Shown one piece after another: positions 54,860 through 64,000 of a stretch of DNA of 64,000 nucleotides. Source of the DNA: Bacilli bacterium (lineage in GTDB: Bacteria > Bacillota_I > Bacilli_A > RF39 > UBA660); contig JAFRIS010000015.1 of NCBI GenBank assembly GCA_017432665.1, forward strand, positions 2 through 64,001, given 5' to 3'. How positions within the stretch are numbered: the stretch's first letter is position 1; every line of letters begins with the position of its first letter. The notes beneath the pieces are model-generated. The model was not told where the DNA came from, did no database searches, and was given only the letters and a program-made list of their open reading frames with translations. A program made the position numbers and the translations under genes.

Positions 54860-56710
54860 CTATTTCTTTAATACTAAAACCCCATGGCTATCTATTTCTT
54901 CTTTATTAGTATTTTTATGACTATGTATTATTTCATAATCTCGATACTTTTCTGGTATATATAAATTACTTTTACTACTAGATCTATTCATAGTAAATAA
55001 AATCTGTTCATCATCTTTAGAACGAGTAAACATAAAATATTTATCATTAATATCGATGATATCTAAATCAGCTGTTTCTAAGTATTTTTCTTTGTTCCTA
55101 ATCTTACCAATACTTCTTACAAATTCCAACATATCATTATCTATATTATTCCATGGAAAAGGTCTTCTATTAGCTAAATTACCCATTCCTTGTAATCCTA
55201 CTTCATCACCATAAAATATTGATAAAATACCGGGCAAATAAGTTAATGTATATAAATAAGTCTTATAAATATCTTTACCCAATTCATAACTTTCAGGCGA
55301 TAACTTGTAATCTTTTTGCCAATAAATATTATTATTGGATAAATTCCAAGCCCATTCTCCATTATATTGAAATTCTCTAGTACCAAAAATATTAATGGCT
55401 CTACTAATATCATGAGTGGATGTAAAGTTCATTAAACTATTAAGGGTATCATCAGGATACTCTGTTTTTAATTGATATAAAACATCTTTCAATTTATTAA
55501 CATCTCGATACTTAATATATCGTATCAAGGCATCTACTAGTGTGTAATTCATAACGGTATCCATACCTTGACCAGATGAAATATAACTTCTATTCATGCG
55601 CATTGGATTCTTCCAAACTTCACCTAAAATAAAACCATCAGACTTGTTTCTTTTTACTGCTCTTCTAATTCCTTCTATAAATTCATCAGATAATTCATCA
55701 GCAACATCTAATCTTAATCCATCAATACCTAGACTAAACCATAAATCAATTATGCCACCTTCGCCATAAATATAATCTTGCCATATCTCTGAACTACCAT
55801 CACAAACAGGCAAATTTTTCATGCCCCACCAGTAATCAAAGAATGTTTGATTATTATGAATATATTTACGATAAAAGTCATAATATTGAGAATCATGGCT
55901 TTGATAAGCTCCTAAATTATCAAAATTACCATATTGATTAAAATACTTACTATCATTACCAGTATGATTAAAAACAGCATCTAAAACAATTTTAATATCT
56001 AATTCATGAGCTTTATCACACAACTCTTTTAAATCACTATTAGTACCAGCATAAGGATCTACTATTTCATAATTGGCAGCATCATAGCGATGATTAGACT
56101 GCGACCAAACAATCGGACTTAAATAAATGATACTAACTCCAAGAGACTTTATATAATCTAATTTATCTATTATTCCCTGTAGGTCACCGCCATAGAAGTC
56201 AGCATTCCAAATACCTTCATCATTTGGTCCTATTACAACATCTTCGTCCCAAGAAGTATGAATAGTACGATGTGGCATTTCTTTAGGTAATTCTTTATTA
56301 CCTCTATAAAATCTATCTACAAAAATATGATACATCATTTTACCCTTAGCCCAATCAGGAACTTCAAAATTAACACTTAATTTCCACATGTCTTCAGTTG
56401 ATATTTGATTAGGCTTATCATTATTCTTCTTTTTAAAATACATATAATTATTGTTTGCAACTAAAGAGAAATAATAATGATATAAAGCACTTGTATCTAA
56501 TATTACTTGTGTTTCAAAACACGCATACTCAGAAGTATTATTAGTATGATGCATATTAAAAAGAATTCTTCTTTGATTATCTTCAACGATAAAACTCATT
56601 CTTTCAATCCATCCTAATGATAATGGCACTTTTACAAATACATCATATTTTTCATGTAAATTATCAATTGTTTCTATCTTTTTTAATTCAAATTTTACAT
56701 CATCTAACAT
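54860..56710 (-). CDS. GH13 alpha-glycosidase (neopullulanase/cyclomaltodextrinase/maltogenic amylase type), cytoplasmic
   Basis: IYLSPIVWSQSNHRYDAANY, GIDGLRLDVADEL, GEVW and FTSTHD conserved regions. No signal peptide. Confidence 0.85.
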   Translation of the reverse strand: MLDDVKFELKKIETIDNLHEKYDVFVKVPLSLGWIERMSFIVEDNQRRILFNMHHTNNTSEYACFETQVILDTSALYHYYFSLVANNNYMYFKKKNNDKPNQISTEDMWKLSVNFEVPDWAKGKMMYHIFVDRFYRGNKELPKEMPHRTIHTSWDEDVVIGPNDEGIWNADFYGGDLQGIIDKLDYIKSLGVSIIYLSPIVWSQSNHRYDAANYEIVDPYAGTNSDLKELCDKAHELDIKIVLDAVFNHTGNDSKYFNQYGNFDNLGAYQSHDSQYYDFYRKYIHNNQTFFDYWWGMKNLPVCDGSSEIWQDYIYGEGGIIDLWFSLGIDGLRLDVADELSDEFIEGIRRAVKRNKSDGFILGEVWKNPMRMNRSYISSGQGMDTVMNYTLVDALIRYIKYRDVNKLKDVLYQLKTEYPDDTLNSLMNFTSTHDISRAINIFGTREFQYNGEWAWNLSNNNIYWQKDYKLSPESYELGKDIYKTYLYTLTYLPGILSIFYGDEVGLQGMGNLANRRPFPWNNIDNDMLEFVRSIGKIRNKEKYLETADLDIIDINDKYFMFTRSKDDEQILFTMNRSSSKSNLYIPEKYRDYEIIHSHKNTNKEEIDSHGVLVLKK

Positions 56711-56735
56711 ATTCTAGCCTCGTTATAATTATAGC

Positions 56736-56768
56736 AAATAAAAAGAGAAATTACTATATTCTCTTTTT
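56736..56768 (-). terminator. Terminator of the PAP2 gene, upstream boundary of the GH13 unit
   Basis: Minus strand: AAAAAGAGAA-tatagtaat-TTCTCTTTTT followed by ATTTG. A TATAAT sits 17 nt before the GH13 ATG. Confidence 0.6.
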
Positions 56769-57416
56769 AGTATGATCTACTAATTTAACTGATGTTAAAT
56801 AAGCTAATACTAATGTAATTGATATTATAATACCTCCTATAATATCACTAATCCAATGAACTCCAGATAGAGTTCTACCTATTACTAACAAAAGCATTAA
56901 AAATATAGCTGAACAATCAAATACTTTTAATAAACTTTTATTCTTAATATAGAATTTTGCGACATATATAGAAGTAAGACAAATACATATAGCCAGCATA
57001 GTATGGGATGAAGGATATGACGCTTCTAAGACTCCTTCTTGTAAAAATGGTCGATAATTAATAATTACTTTCTCAAAGAAAATGTAAATAACTCCTAATA
57101 GTACATAAAAACAGCCAAGTAATAATATTCTTTTGTCGACTTGTAAAAGACTTCTTCTTTCATATAATTGTTTAGCTCCTATTAGTCCAAAGAAGCCAAC
57201 TAATAAAAATGGTAACACTCCTAAATATTTAGTAATGGTATACCAAGTCTTATTATAACCAACTAAATCTCTGAATGATTCATTGACACTGGAAAAACCA
57301 ACCTTACTTCCATAAGGACCAATACTAGCAACATCTACTACTTTAACTAAAATAGTATAAACAATTGAAATAACAAGACATATAATTGTTAATTTTAATA
57401 AACTTTCTTTTTTCAT
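56754..57416 (-). CDS. PAP2-family membrane phosphatase
   Basis: YPSSHT and SGVHWISDIIGG motifs. Six TM helices. Confidence 0.85.
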   Translation of the reverse strand: MKKESLLKLTIICLVISIVYTILVKVVDVASIGPYGSKVGFSSVNESFRDLVGYNKTWYTITKYLGVLPFLLVGFFGLIGAKQLYERRSLLQVDKRILLLGCFYVLLGVIYIFFEKVIINYRPFLQEGVLEASYPSSHTMLAICICLTSIYVAKFYIKNKSLLKVFDCSAIFLMLLLVIGRTLSGVHWISDIIGGIIISITLVLAYLTSVKLVDHTKKRI

Positions 57417-57427
57417 AATTCATCCCC

Positions 57428-57904
57428 TTAATATATTTCGTTATCATCACTATTTTTATATTCATCAAATACTTTTATAGTTTCATCACGATCCATTTTT
57501 GTTAATTTTAAGACATTATTGTCTCCATCATTACTTTTTAAATCGAATATAAAATCGTATATAAAATCATCTCTAAAACCAATATTTTCAGCATCATGTT
57601 TAGTATTACCATAATAAACTGTCTTTATATTAGCCCAAATGATAGCGGATAAACACATTGGACAAGGATAACAAGTAGTATATATTTCACAATCACTTAA
57701 GTCATAAGTATTAAGCTTACTACAAGCATCTCTAATAGCCATTATTTCAGCATGAGCAGTTGGATCGTTAGCACTTAATACATGATTAGCACCTTTACCA
57801 ATTATTTCTCCATCTTTAACGACACAAGCTCCAAAAGGACCGCCTGCTTTAGTTTTTAAATTATCTCTAGCCAAATTATTTGCTTCTTCCATATATTTAT
57901 TCAT
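57428..57904 (-). CDS. guaD: CDA-fold nucleoside/base deaminase, guanine deaminase (GuaD)-like
   Basis: GGPFGACVVKDGEIIGKGANHV..NDPTAHAEIMAIRDA...CYPCPMCLSAI...FRDDFIYDFI closely parallels B. subtilis GuaD from memory. Confidence 0.7.
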   Translation of the reverse strand: MNKYMEEANNLARDNLKTKAGGPFGACVVKDGEIIGKGANHVLSANDPTAHAEIMAIRDACSKLNTYDLSDCEIYTTCYPCPMCLSAIIWANIKTVYYGNTKHDAENIGFRDDFIYDFIFDLKSNDGDNNVLKLTKMDRDETIKVFDEYKNSDDNEIY

Positions 57905-57924
57905 TTATTATCTCCCCTATTCTT

Positions 57925-58641
57925 CTATAATACTTTTCTACTTACTGTATCATAAATATCTTCTCTATTAGCATCATAAGTAATAGTAACTTCTTCATCG
58001 CGTAATGGATTATAATGTTCTACTCTTACTGAATAGCCTTCTTTTTGTAGAGGACTCTTCATTTTATCAAATACCTCTTTAGGTATTTCAGTAATTATTG
58101 GTGTCATAATACCATCTTTTTCAGTAGGAATAGTTGAATCAAACAAGTAATAATTATCATTATTTTTTACTAAATTATAAGCATGAACTTCACTTTTTCC
58201 ATTTTTATTAATTTCGCTAACTTTATAGTAGCTTTTAAGTCCCAAACTTTTTAATAAGTTTTGTGAAAGCATTGCTCTTTCAACACACATAGCACTATTC
58301 TTACCTTTTAAATTAGAAACTTTACCAATTTCAGTTTCATCATCAATATCATCTTCATCAGGATAATTATCTAGACGTGTAGAAATATTAGAATAATCTC
58401 CAAAATAATCACATACAGTATTTAAAACTGCCTGGGCAAGAATTTCAAAATCACTACTATCTAATTTTGTTAATTCTTCCTTTAACATTTTATATGCATC
58501 AGTAACATCGCCAATGACACATGGAATAATAGCAGATAGTCCAGTTTCAACTAGGACTTCCTCTTCTGTAAAGATACCATCAAAAGATGAAGCAATCCCT
58601 CCTAAATACATATTACCTATGCGGTTACATCCAATACGCAT
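57925..58641 (-). CDS. Transglutaminase-like (papain-fold) Cys-His-Asp protein
   Basis: NSAMCVERAMLSQNLLKSLGL...EVHAYNLV...YYLFDST gives a Cys, His, Asp spacing typical of the transglutaminase core. Confidence 0.55.
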   Translation of the reverse strand: MRIGCNRIGNMYLGGIASSFDGIFTEEEVLVETGLSAIIPCVIGDVTDAYKMLKEELTKLDSSDFEILAQAVLNTVCDYFGDYSNISTRLDNYPDEDDIDDETEIGKVSNLKGKNSAMCVERAMLSQNLLKSLGLKSYYKVSEINKNGKSEVHAYNLVKNNDNYYLFDSTIPTEKDGIMTPIITEIPKEVFDKMKSPLQKEGYSVRVEHYNPLRDEEVTITYDANREDIYDTVSRKVL

Positions 58642-58649
58642 ACTATAAC

Positions 58650-59033
58650 CTACTTTCTATGATATTTTGCTTTTAATTTATTCAGTTGATCAATATACCA
58701 CTTCTTATTCTCTTCTAACTCTCTTTTTTCTAATTTTTTATCTTCTAAATTATGATATTTTTCTCTTATTTTTAACTCTTTCTTATACATCTCCATTGAT
58801 AATTCTTTACTTTCACTATCAAATAAATTACCTTCATAAATAGAAAGAGCAATATCCATTAACCTACCATCAGTTAATTCTTCTGGTTTATTTTTTCTTA
58901 CTTCAATTAAATACTCTTTTAAATTAATATTATGTTGCTTTAAATATACCTCTATTTTAACAATGGTTTTATGTTCAATATTTAATTCAGATAAAACTTC
59001 TACAAAAAGTTTTCTTTCATCGCCTAATTTCAT
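58650..59033 (-). CDS. Hypothetical helical protein
   Basis: RBS TAGGAG lies 8 nt before the ATG at 59033. Overlaps the upstream ORF by 17 nt. Confidence 0.45.
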   Translation of the reverse strand: MKLGDERKLFVEVLSELNIEHKTIVKIEVYLKQHNINLKEYLIEVRKNKPEELTDGRLMDIALSIYEGNLFDSESKELSMEMYKKELKIREKYHNLEDKKLEKRELEENKKWYIDQLNKLKAKYHRK

Positions 59034-59532
59034 ATGTAGAACTCCTACCATATATACCAACAATACCATCTAAATAATTATATAGCTCACTAGAGGCTTT
59101 ACGATAATCTTTTGGATACATTCCTCTACCTTTAGCAATCAACTCTCTACCATCAGAAAAATGCACTTCTAAAGCGAAATTATCAATTTCAGATGCGGTT
59201 TTATCAATTTCTTCAAAACCATTCCATTCATAAATTTTCTGTTTATTTATTAAATCTCTTAAGCCGTCTAATTGTCTCTTAATTACAACACCATTAATTC
59301 TTCTAGTGCTTCTATTAGTAGTTCTTTCGCTGATTGTTACTATAGTTCTTCTCTTGGTTTTTCTAATTTCACAGTCAAAATATGCATTGTTTTTATTACC
59401 ATATGAGTATTTAAAACTAATAATATCTCCTTCATATGGAGTTTTTCTATTTTTATATAATTCTATTCCTACAGTAGCAGCTGCGATAATTAATAGAATA
59501 ATAATTATAATTATAGTCAAATGTTTCTTCAT
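59017..59532 (-). CDS. Membrane-anchored hypothetical protein
   Basis: N-terminal TM segment LTIIIIIILLIIAAATVGI. RBS is GAGGAGG. Confidence 0.5.
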   Translation of the reverse strand: MKKHLTIIIIIILLIIAAATVGIELYKNRKTPYEGDIISFKYSYGNKNNAYFDCEIRKTKRRTIVTISERTTNRSTRRINGVVIKRQLDGLRDLINKQKIYEWNGFEEIDKTASEIDNFALEVHFSDGRELIAKGRGMYPKDYRKASSELYNYLDGIVGIYGRSSTYEIRR

Positions 59533-59603
59533 AAATCCTCCTCTAATACAATTTTATTATAGCAAAAATAACAATAATAAAAAAGAGTAAATACTCTTTC
59601 CTA

Positions 59604-59870
59604 TCATTTATTATTTGTTTTTTCAATAATTAATTCTTGAATACTAGAACTATCAGTTACTAGCGTTGAATTATCAATATGAAGATGATCAAAAGCATTA
59701 TTTGATAAAGCAATATTAACGATATAATTAGCTAACTCAAGTAAGTCTATTTTACTACCTTTAATAAGTAATTCATTATTGTTCAATGAAATGTCTATTC
59801 CCATTGAATCAGCAGTATTAACATCAGTTTTCTTATCACTTAAGTAATCTATAATTTCCAAAATAATCAC
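59604..59870 (-). CDS. Small acidic hypothetical protein (88 aa)
   Basis: RBS is GAGGTGA. No family recognised. Confidence 0.45.
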   Translation of the reverse strand: MIILEIIDYLSDKKTDVNTADSMGIDISLNNNELLIKGSKIDLLELANYIVNIALSNNAFDHLHIDNSTLVTDSSSIQELIIEKTNNK

Positions 59871-59885
59871 CTCAAAATATAAGTA

Positions 59886-60317
59886 TTATTCAACAATACA
59901 AGAATTTTCATATTCAATTACATAATCTTTAATATTATATGAATGATCACTAAACCATTGTTCTGCTTTTTCCTTAGCTATTGCTGGATGTTCACAATTA
60001 GATATAGCAATTATTATAGCTAATTTTTTATCATCATTAATATATGGGTAAAACGAAAAATCAGAATCATCTACTTTTAGTAATTCATCATAAATTGTGT
60101 ATGATTCCATTATTTGATCATCATCATTACCATTCAATTTATCACATACTTGATGCATTTCTTCTTCTGTCTTAAATGTATAAGTCATATCTTTTTCATA
60201 ATCATAACACGAGTACTTATCTTTATTTACATTATTAATCAAAACAAAAACTATTATGAATACTATAAATGTCATCAAAAACACTACTATAGGAATTATT
60301 TTCTCTTTATTCTTCAT
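59886..60317 (-). CDS. Membrane-anchored hypothetical protein with four Cys
   Basis: RBS AAGGTGGG lies 7 nt before the ATG at 60317. The ATG overlaps the upstream TAA by 1 nt (TAATG). TM segment IIPIVVFLMTFIVFIIVFVLI. Confidence 0.5.
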   Translation of the reverse strand: MKNKEKIIPIVVFLMTFIVFIIVFVLINNVNKDKYSCYDYEKDMTYTFKTEEEMHQVCDKLNGNDDDQIMESYTIYDELLKVDDSDFSFYPYINDDKKLAIIIAISNCEHPAIAKEKAEQWFSDHSYNIKDYVIEYENSCIVE

Positions 60318-61294
60318 TATTTTACCCACCTTATAAGTTGATATAACCTCATACTTGCATTAGATTTAGCAGAATATGTCATCATAGTAGAACATTTATA
60401 ATCATTACAATTATTGGTAAATCTATGCCCACCATCAAAGACAACAGCACTACCAGTACTTTTATTAACACTGTAAATAGAGAAAGTATGTGCCTTAACA
60501 CCAATTATATCTCCTGGTTGTATTATTCCTTTTTGAATGGCAGTTTTAACATTCATAGAACCATCAAATTTATATTGCTTTGTATATTGGGTAATTTTTC
60601 CTTTATATCCTTGAAATCCTCCATAACCAACAGAGTTCACAACTGTACGTTTTCCTAATACATCGGTAAGTCCCCAATTTGTTGGAACTACACATGTAGT
60701 AGCAACTAATCTTCCACTTTCTGCTGCTTTAATAGCTTCAGCCCAAGTCCTTTTTGAATCACCATAATTATATTCTACTCTAGGATGATACTTAGCAATA
60801 GCGTCACTTAATCGTTTAGAATTATTATAATTACTAGTTAAAAATCTATTACAGTATTCCAAATTACCACATGAAGTAATAGGAGTATCTACACCACTAT
60901 AACTACTATCACCACCACTTACACTAGGATCATAACCATTAGGATCAGAAATAATAGATTGCCTATTTCCTGGATGTGGATCAATATAAGTTGGTTTTAA
61001 ATTAGGTTTAGTGGCACTTTTCCAGCAAGAACTAATTTCAAAATTATTACCTAGTAAAGCCATACTTACATTAACAATAGTTGGAATCATAAATAAAACT
61101 ATTAGAGCTATAATGCTATTCCTAATCTTACTAGGAACTTTTTTCTCTTCAGGATTTTTAACTAGCATTGTAAGATTAATAGTCAAACTAATAATAGCTA
61201 GCATCGGACCAACTATCCAAATAATATTTAATACATTTTTAACCATGTATAAAAAACTGGCTAAAACTGCATTATTACAATCAACTAAAATCAT
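60317..61294 (-). CDS. Two-TM membrane protein with extracytoplasmic Cys/His domain (possible papain-like NlpC/P60- or CHAP-like hydrolase)
   Basis: Two N-terminal TM helices. C-terminal ATTCVVPTNWG...GVKAHTFSIY...FDGGH. The family call is only an impression. Confidence 0.4.
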   Translation of the reverse strand: MILVDCNNAVLASFLYMVKNVLNIIWIVGPMLAIISLTINLTMLVKNPEEKKVPSKIRNSIIALIVLFMIPTIVNVSMALLGNNFEISSCWKSATKPNLKPTYIDPHPGNRQSIISDPNGYDPSVSGGDSSYSGVDTPITSCGNLEYCNRFLTSNYNNSKRLSDAIAKYHPRVEYNYGDSKRTWAEAIKAAESGRLVATTCVVPTNWGLTDVLGKRTVVNSVGYGGFQGYKGKITQYTKQYKFDGSMNVKTAIQKGIIQPGDIIGVKAHTFSIYSVNKSTGSAVVFDGGHRFTNNCNDYKCSTMMTYSAKSNASMRLYQLIRWVK

Positions 61295-61354
61295 AACATC
61301 ACGCTTTCATTAACTGAATTTTATCATAACTATCTTTATATAACAATATTTTTA

Positions 61355-62812
61355 CTATTCTTCAATAAATTCACTTTCACAAGTAATATTAATCTTTAAA
61401 TCCTTTAAAGCCTTCTTATCAGTACCAGAAACAATATATGTAGCATGTGCTTCACAATCTTTCAAATTAGCTAAATTTGCCATAGCTTTAGCGGCTAATG
61501 GATTAGTAACAGAACAAATGCTAAGCGCTGTAAGGACTTCGGTTAAACTAAGTCTATCACCAGAACCCATGTTCTTTTTTAATTCAAGAATCGGTTCTAA
61601 AATAGTTGGACTTAGTAAATATATATCATCAGGTATTTTACTTATATATTTAATTGCATTTAAAACAACAGTTCCAGCTGGAGTTAATAAATCAGTTTGT
61701 TTCCCAGTAATAATTTTTCTATTTACTTTTATCGCTATTACAGGAAGACCATTCTCTTTTTTCTTTTTATCTAGAGCGGGCTTAATAACATCTAAATACA
61801 TTTCATCAATATTTAGTTCATTCATTAATAATTTTATTTTCTTATAAGTACTTTGTTCACATAATCCCATCTTGTAATTATTCAATTCATTATAATATCT
61901 TCTTACAATCTCCTTTTTACAAGCTTCTTCTACTACTTTTTCATCAGTAATACAAAAACCCACCATATTAACTCCCATATCTGTAGGAGAGCAATAAATA
62001 TCTTTATTTGAAACTTTATTTAATATACTTTGTAAAATAGGAAATGTTTCTATATCACGATTATAATTAACTGCTGTAATTCCGTATTTTTCTAAATGAA
62101 AAGGATCAATCATATTAACATCATTTAAATCAGCAGTAGCTGCTTCATAAGCTAAATTAACCGGATGTTTTAAAGGCAAATTCCATACTGGAAATGTCTC
62201 AAACTTAGCATAACCAGCATTAACGCCTCTTTTATTTTCATGATAGATTTGTGAAAGACAAGTTGCTAGTTTACCAGAACCTGGTCCTGGTGCATTAACT
62301 AGTATTAAAGGTTTAGTTGTTTCTATATATGGATTAGCCCCATACCCTTCATCACTAACAATCATATCCACATCAGTAGGATATCCTTTTGTAGCTGTAT
62401 GAATATAGGTTTTAATACCATTTCTATTAAGTTGATTAATAAACTTATCGACACTTGCTTGATTCTTATATAAAGTAATAACAACACTATTTACAGAAAA
62501 GCCCATTTTCTTAGACTTATTAATTAATGACAAAGTTTCTTGATCATAAGTAATACCATATTCTCCTCTAGTCTTATTCTTTTCAATATCTCCTGCATTA
62601 ATACAAAATATTATCTCTAAATCATTTTTAAGTTCTTTAAACATACTGATTTTTACATCATTCTTAAAACCAGGTAGTATTCTTGCTGCATGAGAATCAT
62701 CAAATAACTTACCACCTACTTCAAGATATAATTTATCAAACAATTTAAATCTTTCTTTAATCTTTTCACTTTGTATTTTTACATATTTATTATTATCAAA
62801 ACCTTTTTTCAT
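61355..62812 (-). CDS. DUF1846 (UPF0371) family protein
   Basis: MKKGFDNNKYVKIQSEKIKERF start and ~485-aa length are typical of UPF0371. RBS ATAGGAGA precedes the ATG at 62812. Confidence 0.75.
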   Translation of the reverse strand: MKKGFDNNKYVKIQSEKIKERFKLFDKLYLEVGGKLFDDSHAARILPGFKNDVKISMFKELKNDLEIIFCINAGDIEKNKTRGEYGITYDQETLSLINKSKKMGFSVNSVVITLYKNQASVDKFINQLNRNGIKTYIHTATKGYPTDVDMIVSDEGYGANPYIETTKPLILVNAPGPGSGKLATCLSQIYHENKRGVNAGYAKFETFPVWNLPLKHPVNLAYEAATADLNDVNMIDPFHLEKYGITAVNYNRDIETFPILQSILNKVSNKDIYCSPTDMGVNMVGFCITDEKVVEEACKKEIVRRYYNELNNYKMGLCEQSTYKKIKLLMNELNIDEMYLDVIKPALDKKKKENGLPVIAIKVNRKIITGKQTDLLTPAGTVVLNAIKYISKIPDDIYLLSPTILEPILELKKNMGSGDRLSLTEVLTALSICSVTNPLAAKAMANLANLKDCEAHATYIVSGTDKKALKDLKINITCESEFIEE

Positions 62813-62895
62813 GTCTATTCTCCTATCTATATTCATTTTATAATTATATAACATTTAAGTAAATATAAAACAAAAAAATAAAGAGTAATTACTCT

Positions 62896-63447
62896 TTATT
62901 TTGAATTAGAAATCTGTTTTAGTTTCTTTTTTACATTATGAATTGGTATTAAAATCGGTATTATAAGCAAAAAAATCATTGGAACTAAAATAGATACTAT
63001 CACAAAAGTTGGTAGTGTATTAGGATTCCTTGTTAAAATAGTATTATTATAAATGATTATATACCAAATAACAGTAATAATAGAAACTATTCCAAGACGA
63101 ATGGAAATAAATAGTATTTTATCATCTGCAGAATATCTATTACCTTCTTTAATAACAGAATCTCCTATCGAGTGTGTTAGTCTTGCATGGGATGAATGAA
63201 AATTAAAGAAATCATAAATAGATCTTATTGTATCTAAAGCACTTAAATAATCCCTGTTAAATAGTAAATATTTACCACTACATAGTTTTATTGCTCCAAT
63301 ATATACTGAAATAAAGATTATTCCTAAAAATACATAATTAATTATTTGATTAATATCAACTATGATAAAGGAATTAACAAAGTAATATAATGCGACAAAA
63401 AGAAGAGTTATTATTACTGAGATCCCATTATTGTTAGATTTATTCAT
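62896..63447 (-). CDS. Polytopic membrane protein, unknown function
   Basis: Four to five hydrophobic helices. RBS is AGGAGAA. Confidence 0.5.
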   Translation of the reverse strand: MNKSNNNGISVIITLLFVALYYFVNSFIIVDINQIINYVFLGIIFISVYIGAIKLCSGKYLLFNRDYLSALDTIRSIYDFFNFHSSHARLTHSIGDSVIKEGNRYSADDKILFISIRLGIVSIITVIWYIIIYNNTILTRNPNTLPTFVIVSILVPMIFLLIIPILIPIHNVKKKLKQISNSK

Positions 63448-63459
63448 TTGAGTTTTCTC

Positions 63460-64000
63460 CTAACTATTTTTAGTAAATTTTTCTTCTAATAATCTTACTG
63501 GATATGATTTGTCAGTCATTAACGTAGATATTGATAAATTGTTATGAATATTATAAATAATTTCAGCTAAATACTCTGATACATCACAGATATGAAGCCA
63601 TTTTTCACTTCTATATTCTTCAGGTATATATGAAAGATTAGTAGTATATACTCCTGATAGTTTTTTCTCTTCATAGTACTCTTTAAACTTATCTATTCCT
63701 CGAGTAAACAATGCATATGTTACACATACATAAATATGTGAAACACCATATTTATTTAATTCCTCAATACAGTCAAACATACTGCCTCCTGATGAAATCA
63801 TATCATCACTTATTATTGCAGTATACCCCTCTAAATTCTTATTACCTGTATAATCATGACTAATAACTGGATATTTACCATCTACTAAATTATTATAGTC
63901 TCGCTGCTTTACAAATCCTCCTGCTTCACGATGAATAAACTTTGAATTAAATGAATTTAAATAAACATTTCTTCTACCAGTAGCACCATTATCAGGAGCT
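63460..64000 (-). CDS. prs: Ribose-phosphate pyrophosphokinase, C-terminal part (start beyond window edge)
   Basis: Frame is open to position 64000 by hand translation (APDNGATGRRNVYLNSF...GYTAIISDDMISSGGS). DDMISSGGS is the PRPP-binding loop. Confidence 0.8.
   Translation of the reverse strand, partial: APDNGATGRRNVYLNSFNSKFIHREAGGFVKQRDYNNLVDGKYPVISHDYTGNKNLEGYTAIISDDMISSGGSMFDCIEELNKYGVSHIYVCVTYALFTRGIDKFKEYYEEKKLSGVYTTNLSYIPEEYRSEKWLHICDVSEYLAEIIYNIHNNLSISTLMTDKSYPVRLLEEKFTKNS

Noticed and set aside
1-64000. Alternative genetic code (TGA read as Trp, Mollicutes-like) given the very low GC
   Set aside because: TGA closes well-supported ORFs (for example at 46580 and 59017). Recognised proteins are full length under code 11. 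Cell-wall genes (murC, LCP) are present.

Overview
AT-rich (by eye below ~30% GC) Bacillota-type chromosomal segment that uses the standard bacterial code: TGA terminates ORFs and Trp is TGG. It is densely coding, with about 62 CDS and one tRNA. I saw no rRNA, CRISPR array, transposase or prophage. Genes from 1 to 16.4 kb run on the + strand, and almost everything from 17 kb onward runs on the - strand. The 636-bp convergent gap between them holds a 28-bp match to the Firmicute dif site (16459-16486), so the window probably spans the replication terminus. Recognisable housekeeping genes include murC, an LCP-family gene, pepD, deoB, xerD, rarA, holA, alaS (behind an Ala-specific T-box leader and two P-loop kinase genes), xseA/xseB, nusB, mutS, tag, three ABC exporter genes, a GH13 glycosidase, a PAP2 phosphatase, a guaD-like deaminase, a DUF1846 gene and a prs fragment. 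The best candidate for an undescribed system is a tightly packed minus-strand operon at 46227-54842, entered from the GH13 gene at 54860-56710. It encodes a 1555-aa protein whose only recognisable part is a C-terminal Pol-beta-type nucleotidyltransferase signature, then a DUF362 protein. A radical SAM/SPASM enzyme with a coiled-coil N-extension follows, flanked mirror-symmetrically by two pairs of small helical WXG100-like proteins. One of those small proteins carries tandem PKYGV repeats and looks like a possible radical SAM substrate. A second candidate is a promoter/RBS/terminator-equipped 28-aa hydrophobic peptide gene transcribed divergently from an HTH protein gene (14887-15886), which resembles an Rgg/SHP-like signalling cassette. 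All functional calls rest on motif recognition by eye; no database search was run.
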